A stretch of DNA of 64,000 nucleotides, from assembly GCF_009914755.1 (NCBI RefSeq), contig NC_060933.1; one strand, given 5' to 3'. Position numbers and translations under genes: made by a program. Shown here piece by piece: positions 1-18,031 of this stretch; the first letter of the stretch is position 1, and each line of letters begins with the position of its first letter. The notes below the pieces were generated by a model that saw nothing but the letters and a program-made list of their open reading frames with translations, did no database searches and was not told the DNA's origin. Source of the stretch: the human T2T-CHM13v2.0 reference genome, Homo sapiens.

Positions 1-3000
1 GTTACCTTTAATGGCAAGCCAATTTATTTCAATACCAAAGAATTTTGTTAACCATTTATTGTATTTAAGTAACTGTGCTTGATATGGGGCAATCTTTAAA
101 TAATATAAAAGGAGGGCACCACAATTCAGTGAAAATAGATGTCATTGCATATATACATAATGTAAAAGAATGAGAATATTTAATCTTTGATGAAGTATGT
201 TAAGGTGTAAAATTAATGAAAAAATATGTATAAACAGACATGACAAACATTTAAAATGATGTCTTAATATTTTAAAGAAACCAAAATTATTGTAAACAGA
301 ATTAAAATTGAAAAATTTTTTTAAATTGCAAATGTAGGGTGGAAAACTGATCAATATCATTAATATATACTATACAAATAATTCAGTAAAATGGCAATAA
401 AAATTTCCCAGTAGAAACATTGGAGAGAGGGCAAGGAGGAACAGATAGAATCAAAAGATTAACTGGAGAATTCTCTTGGATTCAAGGTAGACAAATGATA
501 AATGTTTTTATATTCTACGAGAAATGAGAGAAGTGGTAATCTTTTTGAAAGATAGCTTTGAATTTTAATGGAGCAGCAGTGAAGCCAAAGTTCTCAAAGG
601 TATGAGTGCTTTGCTGTCAATGAAGTGTCATTTAGAAGATTATAATATGTTTGCCTCATGATAGCAAATCCTAAGGTCATATAACTGGTTGGGTTTGGAT
701 GATAGAAGGAATTACTGATAATATTCTTAAGTTTTTATGTATAAGCTTATGATTACAGGAGAAGACAGTAGACTGGAGACTGTCACTTATGGTGTTGATT
801 GTGCAGCGTATTATGCACACATTATAATTGATATAATAAATATAGTGTCATAAGCATAAGTTAGGATTTCTGAATATGCATAATTTGAAATTTATTCTCA
901 GAGTCTCCAATTTAACTGTAGTGGAATTTTACTAGCTGTTGCAGTTTGCCGATTCAAGGAGCTTGACATTAATTGCTTGTACTATCTTCCAGTAAAAATG
1001 TAGTATGCTTGTACTATTAGGCATGACAGCTCACTTTCTGTATCTCCACTCTTGAAACACATTTATGAATCAATTTATTTTTTCTCTAACTTTTATAGAT
1101 CACTTTATTTTCCTTCTCTCTAAGTCATTAATTAAATATTGAATACTTTATTTTTCATTCAGCTCAATAATTTCATTATTGGTTAATTTACAAATATTGT
1201 CAATGATATATAATCAAGTTATATATCAGGAGTTAATAGGCTTTTACTATTCTGCAATTTCTTGGAATAACATAAATTATTTGTGTTTAGTATCAATGGG
1301 CCTTAACCTACCAGAATTATAATTTCCAGCTGTGTCTTAGGCAAAGAATTAAACTTGGGAGATATATATATACACACACACATATATATTTCTGATATCT
1401 TTTTCTGGAAGCTATGTTTAAATTTTAACAGAGCAGAAACTTGCCTGCAATAACTTTAGGAAAGTAATTTCACAGTATGACGCATTGGTATTTTCAGAAT
1501 TGATTTAGATTCAATAATTCAGTTACTAAGACCTTCAGTCACAAAGCAGTCTCTACTAGTGCTGCCTTTGACCATCATAGATTTCAGGTAGTCTATTTCC
1601 CTGCCAAGTTTAATGTCTCATCATACATCTCTGCCTTGTTAATTCACATGGCTGACCTTGTTCTTTCTCACAATATTATGGGCCATACTTACCCCTTATG
1701 TTTCACCTCAGACCTCAGCACATTAATTTTCATCTTTTAAAACTTCCCTACTCATCCAGAAAAACAAAGATTTTAGGCTAATATTTGAGTTTAAAGTCTT
1801 ACTGCAATATATTACTGTTATACACAGTTCCTTGCATCATCCATGGTAAGGAGGATTACTGTCAAACTGACAGCAGGATTTGTAATGTCAACAGAGGTAA
1901 ACTATGAGAAATATATCATTAGCTTTTTTTTCAATCCCTTTTAAATGAAAATACAGAAGAAAGTGGTAATCTTAATGCACAGAAACAAGCAAAGTATGTT
2001 TTAAATTGTTTTGTAACAGGTTTTGTTAACCACTGATTATAAAAATCCAATTGTAATATTCTCAGTGATTATAAGGAACCAAATGCTTAACAACTCTGTT
2101 TGCTATAAATACCACAGGGAAACAAAATATCACAGGTTACATGAATGAGCAGGAACATAAAACACCTGACAGCTATTTTGTGATTGAATTGACTGTAATG
2201 TCAATCAAAATATTCTGCATCCGAGTAGAAAAACTAGTCATTAGTGCCAGTAGTTATTTTAGGGTTGACTTATGTTGCATTTGCTTCCCTTAGCCAGAAA
2301 ACCCAATCAGTACACATTAACTCTTTTAGTTCAAGTAATATTATATTAAAGAGGTCCTGTTTGATTGTTAATGCTATAAACAGTCATAACAATCTTAGAT
2401 AAGATTTATCAACGAAACAGTCACCAAGATAGAAATGGAAAACAACCTAGTTGAATTTTATAGTGGTTTTAACAGAGAAAAGGGAGAACTCTAGTATATG
2501 GGCGGTTTTCTTTGTTGGGTATACACATGTCTGAGACCTGATTCTGATCAATGCAGAAATAGAAAAAGGCCCTAAATATCTGGATGGAATCTGTAGTACA
2601 ACACTACTGTTTGAACCTCAATCTTGATCCCTTTGTGTTCTAATATTCAGACTCGCTCTTTGAAGTTCTTTGGGCTTGAGAATCATCCTTCACTCCACTT
2701 CATTAACCCTGAATACTTCTCAATTATTTCAGCTTGAACTGAATCCTGGTTGCTTTGGGTTAAACCACTGAATTAACTCATGTCCCTTACACCCAACTCT
2801 GTTAATGATCAATTTGGTCAGGTCCACCAGCAGTGAAGTAGTTCTGACTGAGAAATTGTGGGTACTAATAGCTTAAGATATAGGAATGTTTTAGATTTTT
2901 ATTTATAGAAATTAAATATATAAATGATGTACAAATATGTCATTCACGGTTAATGTTTGGTTGAAAAGTATGATATATACACATGTAGATAAATAATGTA

Positions 3001-3624
3001 AACGTGAAAATTGTATATGAATAAGGTGTTTCTAAAAATGAAAAACTCCCTATGAAATCATTAGACAAAAAATCTAATCTAAGTAAAATCTGTTATACAG
3101 TTGTTTAGATGGTTTCATTTGAATTCAGTATATCCAGCAATGCCTGGTACATAGTAGGTCCTCAATATAGAGTTCTTGAATTAATAAATAAATGTTTTAA
3201 GCAAAATTAATAAAATTTATCATTAATATATCTTTATCTCTGCATAAAAAGACAAAGATTAAACAATAGAATAACAATACATTTATTTTCCGGTTGGTGA
3301 GATTGTAAGTAAATTTATGGTTTATTGTCCCAAAAATTCTTTGTTATTGTTCTAATCTTCTATAAAGTCACTGATTATTATTTATAATGTCTCTCACACA
3401 CAAAATCAAATGATATCAAATAGGGGTATGGTGATATCTCAAGTAGAGGGAAATGCCACAAAAATTGCAGATATAAATAAAGTTTTTTAGGAGCAAACTT
3501 AAAAGTAGAGTAGTTGAAAGAAGTATAATGTCCAAAGTTCCCAATGTAACACACTTTAAGTTAGATATAGATAGTCTGCATGCACAGTGACCAATATTTC
3601 AATTGAGAGGGAACCCACACATTT

Positions 3625-4077
3625 AATACTCTGCACATAATGTTGCATAAGAAACCACTCCCATTTCAGTGGCTTAAAATTATATGCTTTTGTTTAGCTC
3701 GTGAACCTGCAGGTAGACAATTTATCTTCGTTTGGCTGGGTAACTTTTCTAGTCATTGCTGTATTCCACTACCAAAATGTCATTTTACTTGTTGTTGCCT
3801 AGGACAATAGAGGTAATTAAACCACACATTTCTCTTCTTTCATCAGCCTAGTTTGGACATCATCTTCTTTTAGAGATGGAAAAATTCAGGAAGAGCAAAT
3901 GGACAGGTGAAAAAGTTTCTTATAGTGTAATATTTACAATTATCCCTTTGTACAAAGAGAGTTACATGGCTCAGTACAAAGTCAGAAAAGCAGAACTCTG
4001 GAAATTTATCTATAATGATAAAGAATATCTACACTGGGAAGGGTAAAAATTGAGGCCATTAACATTGTCATCACACA
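3625..4077 (-). mobile_element. Old MaLR LTR (MLT1H/J-like), degenerate
   Basis: Motifs gcataagaaaccactc...cagtggcttaaaa, gctcgtgaa and gagttacatggc, plus a ...tcacaca end, resemble the reverse strand of MLT1 LTRs. Boundaries approximate. Confidence 0.5.
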
Positions 4078-5029
4078 GCAGCTATGTAGCAATATAAACT
4101 TCTTCATCTGGTAACTGGCCTTCTCAAATGAGCAAGGTTTTACAACCTAGTGATTGCTATCAGCCTCTGTTTCTCTTGTGCTAACTCAGATTTGCAGCTG
4201 GATCTCCTAAGTTACTAAAAATGCAGTTAATGAGACTCCAGACCTTATTCAGTCCACCTTTGGTCCTTGGGCATTCATTAAATATATCCAGTGACTCTGA
4301 CTAATGTTAGATCGTAGTTTTCCAGTGATATCTCTGGATGGGACATGCAAAAATTGACCCATCTAGTTGGGCCATATGGAAAGTGAAGTCTGCAACATCA
4401 TCCCAAGACATTTGTTGACATAGATGGGGAGCATTTTGTCAATACATATCATAGAATATTAAAAAAGTGATTCAAACCCTTTCGGCCCTATACTAATCTA
4501 TTAGGGTTATATGCATTGATTTGCAATAAATTAAGGTCTGACACTCTAAACTGGGATAAACCATAATGCGGTTTGTTTTCCCCAAGCAATTCTTCCACAG
4601 GATTACCAAGATTTATTTTTATTATTTTTTCATCAGAAACAGAGAAGTGTGGGCATTTAACCACCCAAGGCAAGGTCAGTATCCAATTTTAGGTAGGTCT
4701 TACATCCTTGATCTAAGTAATATGAAATGTCAATCCATTCATTGAAGTCATATAAATTATCCACAAATCTACTGAAGTCAAATCAGAAATAAAATGAACT
4801 ACCCATCCATCAGCTGAGGCTTAAAAAACAGAAGTTTCATCTTCCTTGTGGAAAAAAACAGACACATACAATGTTCTTCCTCAGATTTCCTTCATTGCCC
4901 TACTAATTTCTGTGCCTAGAAAGTAAGCCAAAGTAGATGGAAGCATGGCTGTAAATAGCTTATAAATAGCTGACTAAAAAGACAATGCATTGGTTTATTG
5001 AGATTTTGTGACTGGCTATGTCCCCTAAT

Positions 5030-5059
5030 TTGTTGTTGTTGTTGTTGTTGTTGTTGTTG
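5030..5059. repeat. (TTG)10 microsatellite
   Basis: Ten perfect TTG units; source of the poly-Q and poly-L runs in ORFs 4916..5110 and 5018..5215. Confidence 0.95.
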
Positions 5060-5266
5060 AATATACCTAGCGTTTTCACATCTCATGGAAATATTTTCAT
5101 GATTTTTCAAATTACATCAACAATATTGTGCATGATGCCCTTTTTGATATATTTCGTAAGGCATTTACATTTGTCTACCATCATGGTGCCCCTCAGTTAC
5201 CTGAAGAAATTCTAACTGAACTTTTGTTTAAAATTTTTCTTTTTTTCTTTTAAAATAAGTTACATC

Positions 5267-7573
<2,307 letters not shown>

Positions 7574-8399
7574 AAAATAAGTTACATCAAGACTGTCAAG
7601 TAAAATAGGTTAAAATTGTCATTGTGTTTTCTTTTCCCTGAGTGGGCGGCCACAAGCATTACTTGGCCACAATAGTGAGGGCACCTCAAAGAAGTCTGTT
7701 CCAGATACTAAGATGGTGTCAGCAAAGGTGTATATCAGCCAACAAAGGTCTACAACAAATAGGTAATTTAAAAGAGAGGTGAATTACTGCAATAGGAAAT
7801 TCCCAGCTTGCTATGCTGCTAGCATGCAGAGAACAAGAGATCAGGCCTTTCCACAGTTCTATCCCTGAAAGAAAAACAAACAAACACAAAAAGAAGCAAA
7901 CAAACCCTACATGAATTTGAATGCTTTATAGCTGAAAGGTAAAGGACAAAAAAAAAATTAAAGGGGCAAGGGAAACTTGTCAAGATGGGGCATTCTATAG
8001 ATGCTCAAACAGCAGCAAAGCAAATGGGCTGATTAAGCACATGCACACACGCAAATTAGATTTGGCTGCTCTTTTTAGAACATACTCCAGCAAGCCATGT
8101 GCTGATATCAAAATGACACTGGACTTTAGAGGCTTACAAGGATTATATGAAGAAAGAAGATCTACATCTGGGGGCCAGTCAACCTACTTCTCTTTCAGGA
8201 GGAGGCTCTAATTATTCCAGAATGTGTTTGCTATAGAGCTTTCATAGTTTGTGTGTGTGTTTGTGTATGTATGTGTGTGTGTGAATTCTGCTTGCATTTT
8301 TATTTTTGTGTTTTATTTTTACAGCTCTGGTAACATAATTTCCTATAGAAGGCCAGTCAGTTTACGGAGAATATTCTGGGTGTATTTTAAAATAGTTAC

Positions 8400-8690
8400 T
8401 GTATTAGTTTACCAAAGTTTCTATTAAAAAATATCACCAAGCAGGGGACGTAAAAAAACAGAAATATATTTTCTCACAGGTCTGGAGACTAGATGTCAAG
8501 GTATCCACAGAACTGCTTTCTTCTGAGTGTCTCTCTCCTTGGCTTCTCGATGACCATCTTCCAATTTCTTCACATGGTTTTCCTGTTATGCCTGTCTGTG
8601 TTCTAACCTTTTATTACAAAGACACCAGTCATATGGAGTCGAAACCCACCCTTAGGACTTCATTGTAAAGGTTCTATTTCCCAATGTGGA
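8400..8690 (-). mobile_element. MaLR LTR (MLT1B/C-like)
   Basis: Starts tgtattagttt; contains ttttctcacaggtctggagactag and aagacaccagtcat, typical of reverse-strand MLT1. Confidence 0.7.
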
Positions 8691-8699
8691 ACAACTCCT

Positions 8700-9590
8700 A
8701 ATCATATTTAGATGAAAACTCACACTAAAAGCCTAATTATCCTCATGTAATGGGAATGCCAGAATGACAAGTAAGGGAAAAATAGGCAGACAACATATTT
8801 GATGTAACTATGGCAAATATTTTTAAAATATTAATAGAGGTACCAAAAAATAAATTCAGGAAGTTTAGAGAGAGCTCACAACAGAACTAAAAACATCCAC
8901 AACCAGATTTATCATATTCAACTGCAGAAAACCAAATTTAAAGAAAAAATCTTGAATAGAGCCAACAGGGGAGGAAAACACCCATCTATAGAGTATCAAG
9001 GCTGAGAATTCCACTGGATTTATTGTCAGAAACCATGAAAGCATGAAGAGAATGGAGTGAAATATTTAAAGCATTGAGAGAAAGAAAACATCAACTTAGA
9101 ATTCTGCATCCAGCAAAATTATTTATAAAAGTGGAGAAGACCCTCAGAAAACAAAATCTGAGGGACATTGACTCTAGTAGAAATACCTGTATTATCAACT
9201 AATACATAAAATATTTTTAAATTAATACTACCCAGAATATATTGAGTAATTATAGCACACGGATAAGTGAAATGAATGGCAATAATGTTATAACAAGTGT
9301 GAAGAAAAATCAAGAATATACTGTTATAAGTTACCTGCATTACTTCTGAAGTGGTATGGTGTTATTTGAAAGTGGACTTAGGTTAGTTGTAACTCTATAT
9401 TACTGAAGCAATTTAGTAAATCTGGGGCAATTACTAAATTTTTAAAATGTATAATTGATATGATGAAAGAGAAGAGAAAATGAAATCATGAATAAAATGC
9501 TCAGTTAAAACTAGAGAAGGCAGAGAAAGAGGGGAAGACTAAAAAGGAAATAAGGAACAGCTGCAATGATTAAAAAATTAAACATGGAAG
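8700..9590 (+). mobile_element. Old L1M ORF1/inter-ORF fragment
   Basis: Degenerate ORF1 motifs cagaaaccatgaaagc...agagaatggagtgaaatatttaaagcattgaga and tagaattctgcatccagcaaaatta. Confidence 0.7.
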
Positions 9591-10369
9591 ATTATTTAAT
9601 GTATCTTAAGCCAGGGTAAATTAGCCTGAAGCGTAGTCATTTGGCTTCTTCTATCCACAATGGCCAATGCAAGGAATACAGGTAATGCAATGTGAGTTAA
9701 AATGTTTTAGGGGGTAGCCAAAGTTTAAATCTATAACGTGGTGATCCTGAACCTGGCAGCTACAATGATAACATCATTTAAGTGAGTCTCAAATGAGCAC
9801 GTTTAGTTCCCTTTATATTGGCAATCAGAGGTGTCTGAGGGTTTTTTGGGTGGAGGAGTGTATAAATTGCATAACCAATGTGGTCTGAGGTAAGTTACAG
9901 TGAAAAGAATAAAAGTGAAATTGAACAATTCTCAACCCTAGTTATTCAACAATTTTTAAAATAAAAATAAGGATATTGATCAAAAAGAAGATAAAATTAT
10001 CTTATTTTTTACTAGTATGTTACTACAATCTTGAAATTGTGATTATTTTGCAAGCTAATTTGAATTTACTTTAATTAGATTCAGAGAATATTATCTCAGC
10101 AATAATTTTCTATTTTGAAAAGGTTACATTTAATTAGAAATAAGAAAATAACTATTTGAAATAATATACTGATTACTTGAATATGTTAAATACTAACATC
10201 TTGTTCTTCAATCATGACTTTCCTCCAAAATATGACCTTGTAGATTCAAAGCCATGTGAAGTAAAAGGGGTATAACAATATTGCTACAAAACGGTTATTA
10301 AAAGTTCTTCTCAAATAATGCCTTCAGGGAATATAAGTGGGAAAAAATTTATAGTGAAGACACAGAAAA

Positions 10370-11009
10370 CATGCAGAAAATTTTAAAAAATTATAAACAA
10401 GGCTTTATAAAAATTAAAACTTTTGATTTTCAAAAGCATATTTAAACAAATGAAGATGTAAGCTACCTGATGGGGAAACACACACATTTACATACACAAA
10501 CGTATATATGTTTGACGGGAATCACACATACACACACATACACACACACACATATATCTTACCATGACATTTTTTCCAGAACACATGATGGTATAAATAA
10601 CTCAAAAAATCAATACAGAAAAAAAACGACTAAAAATGGACAAAATATTTTGAACATATATTTACAAAAGAATATATAACCAATAAACACATAGAAAGAT
10701 TCTTAACATTATTAGTTATTAGAGACATTCAAACTAAAGTAGGAATGAGATAACTTGCTTACCAGCTAGAATGGCTAAAAAATATATATAATTCAAAGTT
10801 TCGTCAAGAATGTGGAGCTCTAACTCATTCCCACATTTGTAGTAGAAACGTAAAATGATTCAATAACTTTGGAAAACATTTTGGCGTTGTTTCATGAAGC
10901 TAAACATAGTCCTAGCTAATCATATAGTCATTCTACTCCTAGTTATTTACCCAAGAGAAAAGAAAACATATTTTTACAAACAGACATATCCAATAATTTG
11001 CACACGATT
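10370..11009 (+). mobile_element. Old L1M (L1MC/ME-like) ORF2 3' fragment; resumes at about 12751-12795
   Basis: aaaattaaaactttt, agaatggctaaaa, tactcctagttatttacccaagagaaa; continuation ctttattcatgatagcccaaagctggaaa lies after the MLT1. Confidence 0.65.
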
Positions 11010-11456
11010 TATATTAGTTTTCTCTTGCTGTGAAAAAAAAAAATCATCTCAAAATGAGCAGCTTAAAACAACACCCATGAATTATCTCACAGTTCGGTAA
11101 GTCAGAAGTCCAAATAGGTTTGATTATGTTTTCTCCTTAGTGTCTCACAAGGCTTAAATCAAATTCTATTCCATAATAGTTTACTTTGTGAAATATCTAG
11201 GAAAAAAATCTACTTCCAGTTTCATTCAGGTTGTTGGTAGTCTTCATTTCTGTGTGGTTATAAGAGAGAGGCACACCCTCCTCAGTTTTCTTGCTGGCTA
11301 TTATCTCAGAGTCTTTCATCTAGAGATTGTTCTTCACTCTGCATATAAAACTGTCCATCTTCAAGCCTTAATAGTGTGACAAATCCTTCCAGTCCATTGA
11401 AACTCTGTGACTTTCTCCTCTGCTATCAGACAGAGGAAACTCTAATTTAAAGGGGC

Positions 11457-12528
<1,072 letters not shown>

Positions 12529-12854
12529 AAAGGGGGGGGGGCATGTGACTACATAAGGCAAAGCCAGACAATTTTCCTTTTAGTTAACTCCAGATCAACT
12601 GATTAGTAACTTTAATTATATGTGTTAAATTCCTTTTACCATGTAGTCTTTCAAAACCTTGAGGATAATATCTCATCATAATCACAGTCCCTGAAATATG
12701 GGTGGGGATATTGTACAGGGAGGCATTTTAGAATCCTACTTCCTACACCACTTTATTCATGATAGCCCAAAGCTGGAAATAAAATAAATTGTCTGAAGCC
12801 AGTGTTTTAGAATTTTTTATGGTACTACACCAATTGCAAGCACCAAATTTGGTT

Positions 12855-13310
12855 CCAGTATTGATTGTTTTATAAGAGACAAAACACGTGGTGACTTAAA
12901 ACAACAGCAAATATTTATTTAAGCCAGAATCTGTTACTTAGAATATGGACGGGAAACTATGGAGACACTTACGTATGCTTTCATGTCTTAGCTGACATGA
13001 CACAATGGTTGAGTGCTGGACAAGCATCTCTCCACATGACTTGTCCATGTAGCTAGCTTAACTTTCCCCCACAGCATGATACTCTAAGGGGATTAAGACT
13101 ACTTACATTGTAATTAATAGCTTCAACAGTTATTGTACCTATATATCAGAAATAGAAGATACTGAGAAATTGAAATAACCTACTTTTACCATGTTCTATT
13201 GATTATGAATTCACAGAGGCCCATAATCAAGAGAGACAGACATAAATTATGTCAATGGGAAGAACATTTAGTAATTATCAGAATTTTGGGGGAGGAATTA
13301 AAATATTTGA
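12855..13310 (-). mobile_element. Old MLT1-like LTR, degenerate
   Basis: gtgacttaaaacaacagc...atttatt, tctccacatgac and cacagcatg motifs; boundaries approximate. Confidence 0.45.
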
Positions 13311-13687
13311 TAACTCACACTTTTAAGCAGTGAAAACTGCAGAAAAAAATTGGAATACTTGGAATGAAGGAATAATAGCTGCAGAATGCCAAAGATGGCA
13401 TTAACTTTGAAATTCTGAAATATTTTTAATTGAAAAAACTTTTTTGAGATATAAAGACTCTAGTAATTAAGATTTTGGATTTGTTTGATAATTTTGATGC
13501 AACTTCCTGGTCAATTCACATAAATTTCAATCTCAATTATTTTTTTCTGAATGAACTGAAGAATTATTCAATGTCATACTCGTGTGCCTTTTGCAACTAT
13601 GGCTGACTTAGAGTTTAACGCAGTATGATTAAAAATTGGGACTATAAATGTAACATATCAAACCTGTTATTGTGTTACCTTACATGT

Positions 13688-13940
13688 TGCCTTAGTCCAT
13701 TTAGGTTGCCATAACAAATGTCTTAGACTGGGTGATTAATAAACTACTGATTTTTTTTTGCTTACAGTTCTAGAGGTTGGGAAGTCCAAGATCAAGGATC
13801 CAGCAGATTTGGTTTCTGGTGAGGTCTTGTTTTCTGCTTCCAAGATGGCACCTTGTTGCTGTGTCCTCACATGGTGAAAGGGCAAAAAGGGGCAAGGAAG
13901 TTCCCTCAAGTATCTTTTATAGGGGCACCAATCCCCTTGA
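13688..13940 (-). mobile_element. MLT1A-like LTR, partial
   Basis: tgccttagtccatttagg...cttacagttctagaggttgggaagtccaagatcaagg...tgtgtcctcacatggtg...ttttataggggcaccaatccc. Confidence 0.8.
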
Positions 13941-14271
13941 GTATCACGGCTCATAAACATGCCAGGGAGCTAATTTATGCTCAATTCATAAACCCAATAA
14001 AGCAACATTTGCCACTGGAAAGGCCTGTAACTATAATGATACAGATTTGGAAATTTCTGAAGGAAGACTCTTATAAATATATGATGCATTTTATGCACTT
14101 TTTCAGGACATAAAAACACTCAAAAAGGAGCTCTCTCTCCCTCACACACACACAAAACAAGAAAACCTGATGAACCATTGACCCAAAGTAAACGGTCCTG
14201 CCACCTCAATAAACATTTCTAGGCTTTATTTGGTCAAATTATTTCTTGACACTTTTAAGAAATATAGGAGA

Positions 14272-16302
<2,031 letters not shown>

Positions 16303-16519
16303 AAGAAATATGTGAGAAATAACTATTTACCCCCTTAGAACTCACAACATTTAAACAAGCCCAATATTATGTAAGTCATTTGCTTTCTGGAGACAACCTA
16401 GTCCCCATTTAGGAATTACATTTAAGCTTATTTATGCTAATATTTCTAACTCAGTCATTTTAAAATGAGACTGCTACTAAAAAGAAAACTCCAGAATCTG
16501 TCCAAATTGCAATACAACA

Positions 16520-17627
16520 GACATTCCTGTTAGACTTCCTCTGTCCCTCAGAGTTTTTTCTTGTAGAGGCTTTAGTGATTTCCTTTCATGTCTGCTGGAA
16601 TCTCTTTTCCAACAATGGACTTCTGATACAAAAACTGACCTTCTTGGCCCTGCGCTACATACCATTAGAGCATTATCTGATAGCTGCTTGCTGGGTTCTT
16701 CTGGGAATGGATACTATTACATGCCTTGAGACTATGACTTTCCATACCTGGCTGCCCACTATGACTGAGTCATGGAGGCAGCAACTGTGGCAGATTTAAA
16801 AAAAAAAACTTTCTGAATTTAATCCCATAATATGCCAAAGCATGAAAGATTTTCATGTGCTATGGAAGAGAAAGTGGTACTTTAAATGATAGACTAGAAT
16901 CTAAGACCTCTGGAATATTCATCCCACCTAGAATTAGAAATTGCTTCCCTTGCTAGATGCAGTGAAACAATAGAAGGCCACACCTCTTTCAGGCCTGTCA
17001 TTCAACTGGAGAACAACTTGGGATAAACTAAGTGGACAGAAAATGGAGTCCTGCATACTGTATGTATGACAATGATATCATCGTGCATGATGAAAGCCAT
17101 TGGAGAGCTGCTGCCTTCCATCTCCTAACCAGGATATCTCTCATTAAGGGTAATACCCAAGGGTCAGAAGTATTGGCTAAATTTCAGGCAGTCGCCTTAG
17201 TGTTAGAGGATTCCCTGGCCAACAATAGGCTCCATCTACACATTTTATAGACTCTTGGGCCATTGCTAATAGCCTGAGTTCTGGTCCAACCAATGGCAAC
17301 AATTCTTTATTCAAGTTGCTCCTTTAGGGTAAAGAACTCTGGTAATTTCTTGCCCTAACAGATAGCCAAAAATATAATTTAAAGCCACACACATCTCTGC
17401 ACATTCTAAAGCCACAGCACAAGTCATTGACAAGAAACTATTCCCTTCAAAGTTCAAGACATCATTTATAGTGACCAAGACACACATTCTCCTTCACAAA
17501 ATGCCAAATGATTGGCTCCATTACGTGGCATTCAACAGGACATTAACCTTTCTTACTGGTTTCAAGCTGTGTGCTTCAATGCCTTACTTAAATAAGTTCA
17601 AATTTAAACATCAAGGGTAGAAAATAA
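16520..17627 (+). mobile_element. Decayed ERVL-class internal sequence (pol: RT/RNase H tether, RNase H, integrase remnants), possibly HERVL74-int
   Basis: ORF 16575 RYIPLEHYLIAACWVLL resembles RY.P.E.QLLA.YWALL. ORF 17032 WRAAAF...LAKFQAVALVL is followed out of frame by DSWAIANSL (RNase H). SDQDTHS at 17470-17490 resembles integrase SDQGTHF. Confidence 0.7.
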
Positions 17628-18031
17628 TGTAACTTAATTTTGGATGTTTGACTCCCAATAAATTTTATATCTTGTTGTTTCCCTTTTGTCTCACATCTGG
17701 ACAAGTTGTTAAGAAAGGCCAGATACTCACTCCCTTGAAACCAACGAGGACATTCAAGCAAGACAAACCCAACCAGTGTGTCACAACTCTGACTCAGGGC
17801 CCACTATCTGTTACACACACACACACACACACAGACACACACACACACACACAAGCCACTTGCTCTTTCCTTTGTTGAAGTCATTTTTTCACTAACATAG
17901 GAGTCTTCTCTGCTATCAAAAAGCCTCAATATGTGAGTAACACATCTTTTTATAACATCTTGGCATGTGTCCATCTCAACATCAAACAAAATTTGGGTAA
18001 AGGTCAGTCCCATCCTCTATGGGACCACCAA
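17628..18031 (+). mobile_element. ERVL-type LTR (MER54/MER73/MER74 group), containing an (AC)n tract at 17813-17853
   Basis: Begins TGTAAC after purine-rich aagggtagaaaa; 3' part tgtgagtaa...tctcaacatcaaacaaaatttgggt...catcctct...gaccac matches my recollection of this group. Lies directly downstream of the pol remnant. Confidence 0.55.

Noticed and set aside
2470-4880. LTR-like or ERV-internal-like texture at about 2470-2880 and 4160-4880
   Set aside because: Only vague resemblance; no diagnostic termini or peptide motifs I can defend.
4916-5215. Poly-Q and poly-L (signal-peptide-like) ORFs
   Set aside because: Both are translations of a (TTG)10 microsatellite, with no other coding evidence.
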